This document shows, in pieces, positions 27,301 to 40,512 of a DNA stretch of 64,000 nucleotides. The notes below the pieces were generated by a model. That model made no database searches. It was not told the DNA's origin and saw only the letters and a program-made list of their open reading frames with translations. Both the position numbers and the translations under genes were made by a program. Every line of letters begins with the position of its first letter. Within the stretch, counting starts at the first letter, position 1. The stretch comes from Phoronis australis (Eukaryota; Animalia; Phoronida), in assembly GCA_002633005.1 (NCBI GenBank), contig NMRA01000471.1:281345-345344 (forward strand), read 5' to 3'.

Positions 27301-30300
27301 TTTAAATCGCCGTAGGCTGCCAGTCATTTGCTGAAATTGAGGCTGGCGACTTTATCAGTTATATATGTTTAGAATAATCATTTACTTGCTGCGTGAGGCT
27401 AAGCTTTGTAAGTAAAGGGTTGCGTCTGCTGAGGTTTTCAGTTTGAACTTGTTTTGTGGTCGATCTTCAAAAATCAATTTTCTGGCTGACTGTGTAACTT
27501 TAAGTAGTTCGTGGAAATGAACAATAATTAATACACATTAGATTGTTAATTATCAACTTATAATACCGATATGTTTGATGTTCAGTGCTTGCTGAGTTCT
27601 CATGAAAAGTTATACATTCTCTATGTTAAGTGATTGGTTTTGTCTGTTTAAATAGCAGTATAGGGATGAAACATAGAATTTATTGAACATTATCATAGTT
27701 ATATGATTGTGTCTTACTGATTGTGAAGCTATAAAATATGCATTAGGGAATTGTGTCAACAGAGGAGTGGCTATCACTGACTCACTTAAACATGTGTGTA
27801 TAAATATCCAGGTATTCCAATGACAGTTTTAACGCTATGTTTAAATTAAGAGAGGTATGCTGGCCGCAAAACAGGTGCCTGGTTATCAGTGAGCACTGTG
27901 ACTTTGAAAGCTGGTCCTGTACATGAGGAGGCCGAGTCCAACTGTAATTACATTTAAGGGAATGGGTGTACACTTACTTTTCACAAATGCTTAGCCATGT
28001 TCCTCTGTTAATGTATAAGGCTATATGTATATCTATGTTTATGAAGGGCTTTATCGACAATACTGTAGGTTCAGCCAGATATCTGTAAAACTAGAATGTA
28101 ACTAAGCCATAAAAATTTATATTTTCTGAAAGTAAAAATCATGTAGAATTTGATTTTTGAATTTATATCAGTCTGTCTCATAACCTTACTTTTTAATAAA
28201 TTTAGTGAAAATGAAAGACCATTCATAAGAAAACAACGGGATCAATAATATGAGCGAATTTCGTATGATAAAAATGTTCACTTGAGATAAAGTCTTGGAA
28301 ATACCTACAGTTTTCTTCATTATCATTTTGTTTTTCTTTCACGCAACTTTATTATTTTTTTCATAAAATCATACAATTTTTTTATAGCTGCTCATGCCAA
28401 AAATAGAATACATTAAATAAAAACAATTCCTAGCAGTGTTTTGGAGAACAGTGCACAAAGCGTAGTACTCCGAACTTTATAAAGTTTCTTGTGAATGTGA
28501 CTGGCCATTTCTGTGATGTGATGTTCCGAAATTGGCTAAAATTGGAGTTTCTTCATGGGCCTTAAGTAAGCTTGAATTATCTTTAGTTGGTCATAGTGGT
28601 CAATGAGTATATATCACGTGTCTTGTTGGTTGCAGGCAATACAGCGCTTCATCTTGCAGTCATGCTGGGAAGAAGAGGTTCGTTACACAAACATTATACA
28701 CTTATCGTGTTAAACGTATCTGTACCTCTAGAGATCTGTTTGAACTTCCACACTTTACAAAAGTGAAGGAAGTCTAACATATATGTTATTTTGCTTGAAA
28801 TGTTTGCCATTCCTTTAAAGAAGGGCATCCTAAAGCTTTCATCTTCATTACAAAAAGGTTAAAGGAATTGCATGTGTTCATGTTAGATTGTATTTCTATG
28901 TTTTTCTTTCCATATGTATTTCACATTGCCGCTGCTTACTTTTGCATCTTTCAGAATGTGTACAGCTGCTGCTAGCCCACAATGCACCAGTCAGAATCAA
29001 AAACGGTCAGGGTTGGACACCACTGGCGGAGGCCACATCTTATGGAGACAGGCAAACCAGTGAGTGACCATCGACAATGTATGGGTTGAGTCTTGTTTGT
29101 AAAAAGACAAAAATAAATGTTTTTCACTACCTCTATGGCATAGGACTTTGGAAAGGGTGAAATGTGTTCCAGGATATTAATGTGAACCAGTAGTAGACAT
29201 GTGGAGCTCACAGGTCGCGTGTAGTCTCCCCTCAGTGTTGTGGAGCTCATAAGCCATGTGTAGTCTCTCTCTAATAGTGTGGCGCTCATAAGCCATGTGT
29301 TATGTCTCCAGTGTTGTGGAGCTCTTAAGCGGTGTGTAGTCTCTCCCCAGTATTGTGGTTAAGTCCTCTGAAGTCCTTCACTGTTGCTTTCATTGCAGTA
29401 ACTTCCCTACTTAGGAAGCTCAAACAACAGTCCAGGGAACAGTTAGAACACAGGCGACCTGCCTTAATTGATGCCTTAAAGAAACTGGGTGATTTCTACT
29501 TGGAACTCAAGTGGGACTTTCACAGTTGGGGTAGGTAACGCTTATTGGTGGATTTGATGTACGTTTGCATTTGTTTTGACGAGTATGGATAACAAAATAA
29601 ATCTTGTGAATCTGAAAATACCATGGAAACATGTTAATTATTCCTCTGACTATGACAGGTGTTCTGATCGAAGATTCAGGGTTGGATGTATAGATGTCTT
29701 TTTGTTCTGTTCATTTTCGCAATTAATGTTGGGCAGCTGCTACCTCCTACACAGGAGCATGTGTCTTTCTGAGCTGATGAGAAGACTCTGAGACAGCTAG
29801 AATCCACAGATGCTGGTGTAGTGTTTAATACTATCTGCTTAACTTACAGCTTTAGTATGAATTTGCGTTTTTACTATGAACTTTACAAATCCACATTTTC
29901 TTGCAACTGTGACAGCCGTTTTGTTGATGCACATGTCTTAAAAAATTGAAAATCTTTGCGTTCAATTCTATTTTTGTTCAATGGAATCTACGTCAGACAA
30001 GGAATTAATTAAGACTACATTAATTTGGTGGTAAAATACATTTTACGAAGTTTTTAACTAGTTATCCAGTGAAAAATTGCGTGGTAAATTGCTGACATTG
30101 CTGCTATGAAAGATGGATATTTGTCTCCATACGCCTGAACCAAAGTTAAATGATGTTTCTAATTTTGAGTAATTGCCATTTCCAGGTATAGTGCATTATC
30201 TCATAACAAATGTCAATCATCTAGTCAGTTGTTGCTCTCATTTCAACGTTAAAAATTTTCAAAAAAAAAAATAAATGATGGGACTCACCTATGAGTAAGT

Positions 30301-33300
30301 AAAGCTGCACTGTCACTCTCGTTAATGCTTAAATTTGTAATCAGGAAATATGCTAATTAAGCTTATAAAACTGCGTGGAATTTTTTGTTTTGATAGCTGC
30401 AGTTTTAACATTCATGCCTTCGTTTCTAGGCAGTTGTCAGCTGATTCTGCATGAGTAGTAGTCATTTGTGATTTCTGAGACTGACGCTTGGCTAACACTT
30501 CCGACAAATGCCCAATAATTAGATGTCATGACCATTTTTTATGTCACAAACTCATTGGATTGTCATCAAAAGCTTTACGTGACTGAGGCATCAGTTGGAA
30601 TCGAGAGATTACCCACTCTCGATTTGAGACCCGTTTTTGGGGTACGGAAGTGGCATAGATTTGATTTTTTTCAACTGCTAAACATGTGGAGTTTTGAAGT
30701 GTTCTATTTATGACTTCTATGAACTCCTGACCAGTTTGTGACAAATGTTTTCATTGAGTAACATTACATCAATACTATTTTACTGTTATAGTACCTCTAG
30801 TCTCAAGGATGCTACCATCAGACATTTGCAAAATCCACAAGAAGGGAGCTTGTATCAGGTGAGGTTTAACAACTCTTGCCCTACTTTTGTAGTGTAAGGC
30901 CTGGCCACTTCTATAGTGTAAGGCCTGGCCACTTATATAGTGTAAGACCTGGCCACTTGTATAGTGTAAGGCCTGGCCTCTTCTATAGTGTAAGGCCTGG
31001 CCACTTCTATAGTGTAAGGCCTAGCCACTTCTATAGTGTAAAGCCTGGCCACTTCTACAGTGTAAGGCCTGGCCACTTCTATAGTGTAAGACCTGACCAC
31101 CTCTTTAGTGTAAGACCTGACCACTTCAGGCCTGGCTGCTGTTAAAGTATAGTTTAGAATGTTTGCCTACTTTTGACTGAGTGCCGTGCTGTGTTTCAGA
31201 ATGGATACTACGCTTGTGGATTTTAATGACATGAAGTGGGAACGGGGAGATATTAGTTTTATATTCAACGGAGACAGTCGGCCCTCACAGTCGTTAACTG
31301 TTCTGGACAATCAACTCAAAGTCTTTCAAAGAGTCAGATACGAGGCAAGTGAATTTCCTCAAGAATTGAAACATTAGTCAGTCAAGATTTACTTGAGTTT
31401 ATAGAACAATTACTGTGCAAAAGTCAATACTGGAACACGCAGGTAGGGAGAAGTTTCAACGTACTTGAATGCTGATATCACAAACTGGAAGGTCACAGGC
31501 ATTAATGTGTGACTCAACATACACACTAGGGGGCAGTACTGTGCTGTAGTTTCTGGTTCTTGTTTCAGTCTGTAAAGTATTGAAGTTTAAGGCTGTGTTT
31601 CACTCTATTTAGCAAAAATGGAATTAGAGATTTTTACTCTGATTAAACCTGTCTCCTAATATTCCTTACAATTATAGTATTCCATTCCCATTACCAGCAG
31701 GAATATCAAAACCATCTGCGACTCAAGGAAAAAGTCACATGTTCACATTGTGGTAAGGAATATTATGAGACTGATGAGAGTGGAAGGCCTGGCTTGATTT
31801 TTCTTTTGCCACAAGCTTAACAGTGTGAAGTGCCTCTTTGTATTGGATATTTGACACCAAGCCAAGAATGAGAGCCCGAAGCAGATTTCGCCTTCGTTTT
31901 AATTTTCCAAATTCATCTAATTCTTTAAACTGTTGTGATTGCACAACAGTTTAATCATTGTTATTACGCAGTTGCCATGGTTACTGTGTATACAGTTTGT
32001 CACCTTTGACCCTGTATTTACAGGATACGGAGGCGGAGATAGAAGACGAGGTGGACATACTTATGAGTAGTGACATTATGGCGGCGCAAATGTCAACAAA
32101 AAATATCACATTTTCACGAGCTCAGAAGGGTTGGATATTCAGGGAGGATAAGTCGGTGAGTTTTGTATTCACTGATTTTGGAAATCTTTGACTATCACAC
32201 TGCAGGTAAGTGTTATTGAAGTCTTTTACGCTTGAGGTCTACCATCACTTTCTTGTAACTATAGATCCAACTTATCACCTGTAGAATTCCTCTCCTTAAA
32301 AATTCCCCTCAAGGTTAAAATCAATTATCCAAGACGTTACGTTAGTGAGGTGTGACAACTGATTAGTGAAACTGATGGTGACCTGGTGAGGAGGCACCTT
32401 CCACCTCGGGTGAGTGAGGACCCTGTGGTCAAATTAGAGTGGAAAGCATACCATCAGCATGGGGGCATTTGTCAGCTAAGGGTAACTTACTTATGATTAC
32501 TAGGTGGCTCTAGCGTACAATTGCCAGGCAATATGTTATAGAAATAGACATTTCGTGAATAGTTTGTCAAAGAGACAATTAACTGAGTGAATTCTAAGTC
32601 TCTCATTACAATTGAATGGCATTTCAGTGAACCCAGCTTAATAGTCTTTGCTTGGTTGATAGCCTCCATTCTATAAATCTCAAGCCCACTGCACTGTAAA
32701 CAATCCAACCTGGTTGGAATGATGAACTTTGAACCCTTGCATTTGTTAGGACATGGTCGGTGACTTCCAGGCAGACTATTTCGGTGTTCACGGGATGATG
32801 TTGGACTCTAAAAAGAGACGGGAACATCTGTCAGAAGAAGACTTGAGAAAGAACAAAGAGATGTTGCAGAATCTATCCAAAGGCAATATACAAAACATGG
32901 ACCAGCTGGAGGTAGGCTTATGTCTGTTGACCTTGAGACCTGCGTGTCATAAGGAGTTGGATGGAATGTCTGGGGTTAACACTTCTTGTAAATTCATAGG
33001 GAATTAGAAGGGATGTCTGGAGTGAACACTTCTTGTAAAGTCATAGGGGGTTGGAAGGAATGTTTGTAATGAACACTTCTTGTAAAGTTACAGGTTTTTG
33101 AAGAGAATGATTGGGGTGGACACTCATGTGTCTCCAACTACTGAAAATTCATATTGGTGTTTGGCTTTTGGATCCTTGTGTCTAGTGTACACATGATTAC
33201 ATATCACTTCAGCACTTACAAGTCAAAAGGACACGAACAGAAAATGTTTCGTATTCCTTGTCATGATGACTATGCAAAAGTAAGATTCATTGTCACTTTA

Positions 33301-35805
33301 GCATTACATCGTGACCGGGAGTGAAAAGGTATTTACCAAAAAGTTTAAACCAAAATGTTGACACTATACTGTTACTGGCATTTTACTTAAATAACGGCTC
33401 ATTGTTATTCAATGTTATTCATTGTTATTTATTTTTATTCATTGTTATTCATTGTTATTCATTTTAGTGATATGGGATTTAGCTGTTGTGAAAAGGAAAT
33501 GGTGCTTTGTTTGATTACAATCAGTGTGTGTTGTTTCTATCCTCTATATGTTACCAGTCACTGTCATTTATCCATAGAACACCAGCAGGCGACCCTCCCT
33601 GGACTCTCCTGAACCGACAGGTGTGACATGGGAGGAGTACATCTCAGCGACGCCCGCGCTTCCCCCCTTCTTAGGCAGGAAACCTGTTGCCAAGCAATCT
33701 ATCAAACACTTCAGAGCTACGTTAGCTGTGGTTAGTACATGTGCATCTGTTACTAATGGGTCTGTCATCATTTTCACCATCAAGGTCACAACCACCACTG
33801 TCATCGTCATTGTCAACATCATCACCGTTACCACCGTCATCATCATTGTTGTCATTGTCATCATCATCATCATCACTATCGTCATTATTGTCGTCAATGT
33901 CAACAACATCAATGTTCTTCACCATCACCACCATCATTGCTGTCACCATCATCATTACCATCGTCATTGTCGCTGTTGCTGTCAATATCATCACATTTGT
34001 GATACACATCATGTAGTCTTACATCCAAACTTCAGTTGACTGTCTACACTGGCTATGCATGGAATCCTTGTCCAGACAAAGAGGTCAGTCTTATTCAATA
34101 CAAGTTCACATTCACTCATGTTAAATCAAGCTGAGTTGAATAACAGGTGGCCGAGAGATCCACTAATGTGATATGAGGTGGTATGAACTCTGTCTTCACA
34201 TTGCTAGTTGTACACTTATTACTGGGCAACACTAACTCCACCTAGTGGCTCAGACTGAACCACTCATTCAGTTTCCTTTGCTTATTTTCAGCTATATTGT
34301 TGCAAAATATCATTTTCTTTGAAATAAATCTAAAGTAGTTAATTTGTAGCTCATGTACTAAAAAATGGGGTGAAATATATCATTTGATACATAGTAATTA
34401 CAGGAACACAATGGCCATGTTGACTTTCCATCTCTTACAAAGAACTGATTTGGTGGCCACAAATTTGACACCACGGCTGTGCTCCGTAAATGCAGCAAAG
34501 CAAGGTCACACAATTCTTCGCAAGATGTGGCCATGTTTTACGAGTGAATCATGTGATCACATTACCTTTCACTTGTGTCTTGTGTCTGCGGCATGCTGCA
34601 CAGGCTGTTAACAACGCACTGTACCCAATGGGGGCAGTACTGGTCTTGTTATGGACTTACTGTCCAACATATTTGCATCTATTTGAGGCATGAGGCACTT
34701 TACTTCATGTTGCTAATCCACTGCTGTTGATTTCAGAGTCAAACATTTCCTATGCAAGTTCAGGCTCTGATGGATGTGCTTGAAGTGATAGCTCCGTTCA
34801 AACAGTTTAACAAACTAAGAGAATTCATGTCCAACAAACTACCTCCAGGGTTCCCCGTCAAGTGTGGTAAGTTGCACTTTATGTAATCACATTATATAAT
34901 TTGTGTTATATATAACCTTATGTCCTATTGGAAAGCCCATGTTCAGATATTTCCTACTGAATGCCCTTTATTCTTGTACACTGGACGTCAATGGAGACAA
35001 ATATACTAGTGTATTCTGTTTTAGTTGATTTTTTAAGTCTGAACTCGAAATTTCAAGCTTTTACTTGAGTTGGTATCTCAAATCTAGAGGCCATCAATTG
35101 CAACTGGAACTAAACACTCACCTCAAGTTGGCACAAAAGTAGTTGTTCCATTTCAAGTTCGGAGATTAAACTCTGACTAGGCCCTAGTTCTTTATTGGCC
35201 AATCAAGGATGAGGTTAACTGGTGTATTTAATCAGCTGAACTCCATTAAAAGCATTATTTTACAAACTTAGTTGGTTGAGTCACAATACAAATGATAAAC
35301 GTGGTTTGTGATGGCCAGGCCCAGTGCTTACAATGTCACTCGAACGTTCGGGGTACAGCATTGTGTTTCTATTTTCTATTTATGAAGGTCGTCCAATAAG
35401 AAATAATGTGCAACCGAAACCAATGAGAAGGAAGCAAATAAATATTTGTCTGAGAAAAATGCATGAGAAATAAGAGACTATTTGAAATATTGAAATTTAC
35501 AAACAAATTTGTAGCTTAGTATGGTAAAAAACCTGACCAAATGTCCTTGTTTTCAGTGGTTCATCAGGCTGTAATGCTAACAAGCAGGTTATGAGACAAG
35601 GGACAAATACTTCCTCGCCACCTCTTACTATTAATGCCAATGGCTCTGATTCTTGTTTCTCTATTTTTCAGAAATTCCTGTTTTTCCAACAGTGACAGCA
35701 CGAATAACGTTCCAGGACTATCAGTCGAGGGACGACGTTGAGGACACTTTGTTTTTAATTCCCAGAAATTTTCATGAAGACCCGAGTCGCTTCCCGGATT
35801 TATGA
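21333..35805 (+). CDS. ANKRD13C: Ankyrin repeat domain-containing protein 13C; join(21333-21438,28636-28677,28955-29059,29399-29530,30792-30858,31200-31344,32024-32155,32750-32911,33578-33730,34737-34866,35672-35805), 435 aa
   Basis: All exon phases close into one ORF: MAEEDFPLHRSVFNDD...GNTALHLAVMLGRRECVQLLLAHNAPVRIKNGQGWTPLAEA...[25 protein letters not shown]...KKRREHLSEEDL...TWEEYISA...KLPPGFPVKCEIPVFPTVTA...EDPSRFPDL*. The motifs and the C-terminal EDPSRFPDL (no UIM tail) match ANKRD13C. Confidence 0.95.
21924..22380. mobile_element. MITE with ~43-bp TIRs (TAGACAGTGACCACC...), containing a nested hAT-like MITE
   Basis: 21924-21966 is the near-perfect reverse complement of 22338-22380. 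A related solo end lies at ~47611-47653. Confidence 0.75.
22158..22323 (+). mobile_element. hAT-like MITE (CAGTGGCGGAT...GATCTGCCCCTG), 5-bp TSD CAGGT
   Basis: Imperfect TIRs and a direct repeat caggt at 22153-22157 and 22324-22328. Contains an N gap. Confidence 0.75.
22383..22632. mobile_element. MITE with GCCCAAACTGATGC TIRs, copy 1
   Basis: Long imperfect inverted arms; a related copy lies at 47112-47411. Confidence 0.7.
24012..24127 (-). mobile_element. hAT-like MITE, same family as 22158-22323, inverted; 5-bp TSD TTGTA
   Basis: TIRs caggggcgga / tccgctactg, ttgta at 24007-24011 and 24128-24132, and internal blocks (aaaatc.tggctaatac, ccc.aactcaaaat) shared with the other copy. Confidence 0.78.
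24893..25131. repeat. 60-bp minisatellite x4
   Basis: Successive 60-nt lines are nearly identical. Confidence 0.95.
30889..31127. repeat. 24-bp minisatellite x10, tagtgtaaggcctggccacttcta
   Basis: Fills most of ANKRD13C intron 5. Confidence 0.95.
33765..34012. repeat. Degenerate (CAT/CGT/TGT)n trinucleotide low-complexity tract
   Basis: In ANKRD13C intron 9; generates spurious poly-His/Asp/Ile ORFs. Confidence 0.85.
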
Positions 35806-36201
35806 TATTTCGTGGAAATTAATTTCATCCATTCAGTTACCAGCGTACGTTCTGTAGACCGAGAGATGGAATATAGAAGGGAACACAAGAGTGTAGATGC
35901 TGTCGTGCAAACTGAATGTGTTGCCGTGGAAGCTGAGTGCGTTACCATGGAATCGAGATCTGTTGCCAGTATTATTGCCATAGATATTCCGTTGTCAAAT
36001 CTGGGTTTATCAAGTACAGATATGACACTGTATTTTGAGTAGTCAATGTGTTTGTGCTTCCCATCTGCCTGGACTCTTATATTGAACATTTCTTGGAAAC
36101 ATGGTTGAACTGGAAAGGAACCACACTTGCAAGGAAGGCTCAAAGTAAATGTCACATTTAACAATAAAGTGGACATTGAAAACATGATTGCTTCAAACCA
36201 A

Positions 36202-36421
36202 GGTTCACGTGGTGTTGGTAATGGGTTCACCAACATCACCTGGTGTTGGTAATGGGTTCACCAACATCACCTGGTGTTGGTAATGGGTTCACCAACATCA
36301 CGTGGTGTTGGTAATGGGTTCAACAACATCACGTGGTGTTGATAATGGGTTCACCAACATCATGTGGTGTTGGTAATGGGTTCACCAACATCACGTGGTG
36401 TTGATAATGGGTTCACCAACA
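36202..36421. repeat. 31-bp self-complementary minisatellite (~6.5 copies) downstream of ANKRD13C
   Basis: Unit atgggttcaccaacatcac(c/g)tggtgttggta. Confidence 0.93.
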
Positions 36422-38321
36422 CACCTTGTCAAACATTAAGCTCCTGATTTATTTGGCTCATTCTGTTACTCATCATTAAGTTTCCTCAAATTGGAACAAA
36501 ATAATTATTCTCCAATTTTTAAAAAGCTTACTGTAGTGTTAAAAAGCCTCAAAATTTCATCATGTTTTGGTTGATGACAATTCTGTGCAAAATGTAGTGT
36601 GCAGATATTAAAGCAGATTTTTCTGTTACATATCTAACATTTTAGTGAATGTCACTGGTTTGCCATATTCTTTGTTCTTAATTGAAGACAGTTCACTGTA
36701 CCTTGGATTAGGGTTTATAATTATTAATCTCTTGTTCGCTATCTTAAGTGCATGTATTTTTTGCTTTTCATTTATCAGATTCTTGAAACTTGTAATCCTA
36801 GTAAGATTTTTAATTCTCAAATTTTTGTAATTGACCATTCTGCTGGTCTTACATCAAATGAAACCGTATCAAAATTGCAATGCAGTATTCACAGCTCTTT
36901 TGATTTTAAGTTGCGATGGAGTCTATTGAAAACTAGAAGTACTGAAATTTTATGTTATTCTATGGTGAATACTTGTTTATGCCTGTTGTGGACTCTACCA
37001 CTGCTGAGCTGGTTTATGTCGTCAGTTTTGACGCTAAGCAACATGTGTTGTCTACTGAGACCGACCCTATTTTGTTATTCCCCCTAGGGGAAATGGATAG
37101 CTGTTAGTGAAAGATTTGAAAGTGTTCTGTGATTTGTGTGTAACATTGCCATGAAGGTAAACCTTTAGGGTTTAGTTAGTTTTTAGGGAATGATGAGAGC
37201 TAAATTAAAAATGAATGATGTACTGTTGGCTAAGTTCTCCTTCTATGTTCTTTTTGCCTGATCAAAAGCGGTGCCATCTGGTGTCTGAATACTCCAGACG
37301 CCGTGAATACATAGCATAAAAACTGTCACGTATGTCCAATAGAGGGCGTACGAAGAGAATGTCTTAGGACCACACATTTGGTGAACATGCAGTTGTTTTA
37401 AATTTGTGATTCTTAAAAGGATTATATCTGATATTATTGATATTATCATTAACCCAAACTTCATCAGAGTTGACTACCATCTACTAACTTGTATTATGAA
37501 TCAACCTGCATAGTACTTAGGTATTTTTTCTTGCAGTGTCACTTCAGAAAAATCTCTAGTTCCCGAAAGTTTCAAGGGAGCAGCAGCAAAAATTTCAAGT
37601 ATAGTTGACACACCAAATTGAAGATGATAAGGGTGGTCTTTTTCTCATTGTATAAAACAATAAAAAATACTAAGCTGTCTAGCTAAGCTATTCATTTCTG
37701 ACCCTGTACTAAACTGTGTGTAATAGAATACCAAATCTTGTTTTAGCCTATCGGCATGTACTAATGACTTGATCACTAAATCTTGGAAATAAAGTAATGC
37801 TCTGAAACATTAGTCTAAAGAATTAAAAGCTTGTTTGAGAACTCTGTAACAAGTCTCCTAAATTGGCAGGTGTGAGTAAAGGCTTAGTTAAATTAAATGA
37901 CAGATGAGGGAGAACTTCTCTCTGTGAACTACCGGATCATCTTAGTGATACATTGAGGTCGAGTTTAGCACAATAATAGTTCTTTTTTAAGCAAACTGCC
38001 AATTGTACACACAGGCGACTGGATCATTTTTGTATAGAGTTTCTAAAAACAGGTTTAGTATCCTTTTTACTAATGAACATAGAAACAGTGTGATTAAACA
38101 TGAATGACACCATATTGTCAAAGCAATGGTGTATTCATGTATAGCAATAATTATTTACATTTTAAGATCTTAGTTACATACCAGTAGTGTTAGCAATGCG
38201 CTGTATTAGACAACCAAAGTGTATTTTGTGATTTGAAGAAAGGCCAATAAAGCAGTCACAACTGACCTCGCTTGTTATTTCTTGATTTCTTTGTGCCAAC
38301 ACCTAACATGATTTGAGAGGA

Positions 38322-38453
38322 GATATCACCATGCTACTGTAAATTACTGTAGGATATCACCACAATACTGTAAATTCCTTTAGGATATCACCATGATACT
38401 GTAAATTCCTCTACGATATCACAATGATACTGCAAAATCCTCTATGATATCAC
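38322..38453. repeat. ~31-bp degenerate tandem repeat x4
   Basis: gatatcaccatgatactgtaaattcct.. repeated. Confidence 0.8.
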
Positions 38454-38606
38454 TCAGTGACAATTCACTACTGTTGGTCTCAACTGGCTTTCAGTACCTT
38501 CATTTGCAAAGTGCTTGTCCTATTTAGACCCTCGCAGGTGATTATTAAACATTCCTTTATTATAATGATATGGATTCACAAGTAAACACAGAATGGATGA
38601 CAGTTT

Positions 38607-40512
38607 AAAAACGAGAGCGCTCGGAGGAGCGACACTTGGGCGGAATTAATCGAAAGACGACAACGGGGAGGACGACGACAATCATGACGATCAAGGCGGC
38701 AATAATGAATAACACGGTAACATTCATGTGACTAGCGAAGAAATCAAATAGAGAGCATATAATGAACTACAATAAAGAACAATAGATAGCGCAGCATGAC
38801 GGACGAGCCATGCTATGTTCCCGCAATCCAAAATAGGTGGCACTATGTGTCAGTCTGCAGAGCAAAGTTATGTTTACAATAGTATTTCGCCTGGAATTCC
38901 AGTCTACAGTACGACAGTGCTACCTGGGTCAGTCGGGGTCACAACTCTCTGTTAACTTGTGCAGACATGGCCAAAACAAAGTGAACTGAAAGCCAGCCAG
39001 CTGCGTGCATACGTGACCGAAGGAACAACGGTATCCGAAAATCTCGAATAATTCAAAAAGTAGACGTCGTAGAGCAAAATGGAAATTATCTTCTGAAAGC
39101 CCGTTCAAAACTCTATCTAAAGTGGTAGTTTGTCAAACACGATAACATTCATGTGACTAGCGAAGAAATCAAATAGAGAGCATACAATCAACTACAATAA
39201 AGAACAATAGATGGCGCAACATGACGGTCCAGTCTACAGTAGGACAGTGCTGGCTGGGTCAGTCTGGGTCAACTAGGCATAACCAAAACAAAGTGAGCTG
39301 AAAGCCAGCCACCTGCGTGTGACCGAATTGGAACAACGGTATCCGTAAATCTTGAATAATTCACAAAGTAGACGTCATAGCGCAAAATGGAAAATATCTT
39401 CTGAAAGCCCGTTCAAAACACTATCTAAAGCGGTAGTTTGGCAATCACGATAACATTCATGTGACTAGCGAAGAAATAAAATAGAGAGCATACAATCAAC
39501 TACAATAAAGAACAATAGATGGCGCAACATTACGGACGAGGCATGCTTTGCAGTAGAACAGTGCTGGCTGGGTCAGTCTGGGTCAACTAAGCATAATCAA
39601 AACAAAGTGAACTGAAAGCCAGCCAGCTGCGCGCTTGCGTGGGTGACCGAAGGAACAACGGTATCCGAAAATCTCAAATAATTCAAAAAGTAGACGTCGA
39701 AGCGCAAAATGGAAAATATCTTCTGAAAGCCAGTTCAAAACTCTATCTAAAATGGTAGTTTGGCAAAAATCCAAAAAATTTTCGAGAAAATTGAAAATTT
39801 GCTGTTTTTTTTTGAAATTCAAAGTCAAATAACTCGAAAACGGTAAGTCTGAGAAATACGCTCTCGCTGACTTTTTGAAAGGCCATACTTCAAGGAATCC
39901 ACATGCAAAAATTCACGTCATTTACTCTTCCCGTTAAAAATGCGACACCACAGCGATTGAATCCGTGTGAACATGTGCCACAGCTGCCACCTTGAAAGTG
40001 ACTTCCGGTTCAATAACTTTTTATAAAAGCTTGTTCAACTCAACAAACAAGTGACCAGTTTGAAAGTGATTGGTTTGCAAATGCGCCCTCTACAGGAGAA
40101 AACGTTTTTGGCCATTTTTCGGGGTGCGCATGCGCCACTTCTAATATTACCGCCATCTTTGACCGGAAGTCAACGATTTTCTGCACACTTGTAGCACATG
40201 CGTTCTAGTAGTAATCGTGCCGTTTTTTAGCCATCTACGTTGAAAAATGCGGCCTCTACGAGTATTTGACTGTGAAATCGGATACAAAATGACCGCCACG
40301 TCCGCCACTTTGTATCCGATCATGAGCAAAAACAATAGGCTTCTAGGACTTCCGGATCTACACGTCGTGTGCAAATTTCGTGAAAATCGGATGAAAATTG
40401 CGACCTGTAGAGTGCGAGCAAAAAAAAAAAAACTTGCTGTCAGACCAACATACTTGGCGGAAGAATTCCGCCAAGTAACAAACTACAAAACAAATGTCCA
40501 GCCCCGTTGGCT
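38607..40512. mobile_element. Non-autonomous repeat element (~1.9 kb) with three internal tandem units of ~310-425 bp
   Basis: Block TAACATTCATGTGACTAGCGAAGAAAT at 38718, 39143 and 39451, each followed by conserved downstream sequence. CpG-rich relative to the flanks, non-coding; ends approximate. Confidence 0.7.

Noticed and set aside
33568-34039. Poly-His/Cys, poly-Asp and poly-Ser ORFs
   Set aside because: Products of a (CAT)n-like tract in ANKRD13C intron 9; the real exon ends at the 33730 donor.
35803-35805. TGA as selenocysteine in ANKRD13C
   Set aside because: The position coincides with the conserved C-terminus of the family, no Cys homologue is known to me at this site, and I recognised no SECIS.
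35772-36239. 155-aa antisense ORF over the ANKRD13C end
   Set aside because: No recognisable homology or splice signals; shadow of the open plus-strand frame and the repeat.
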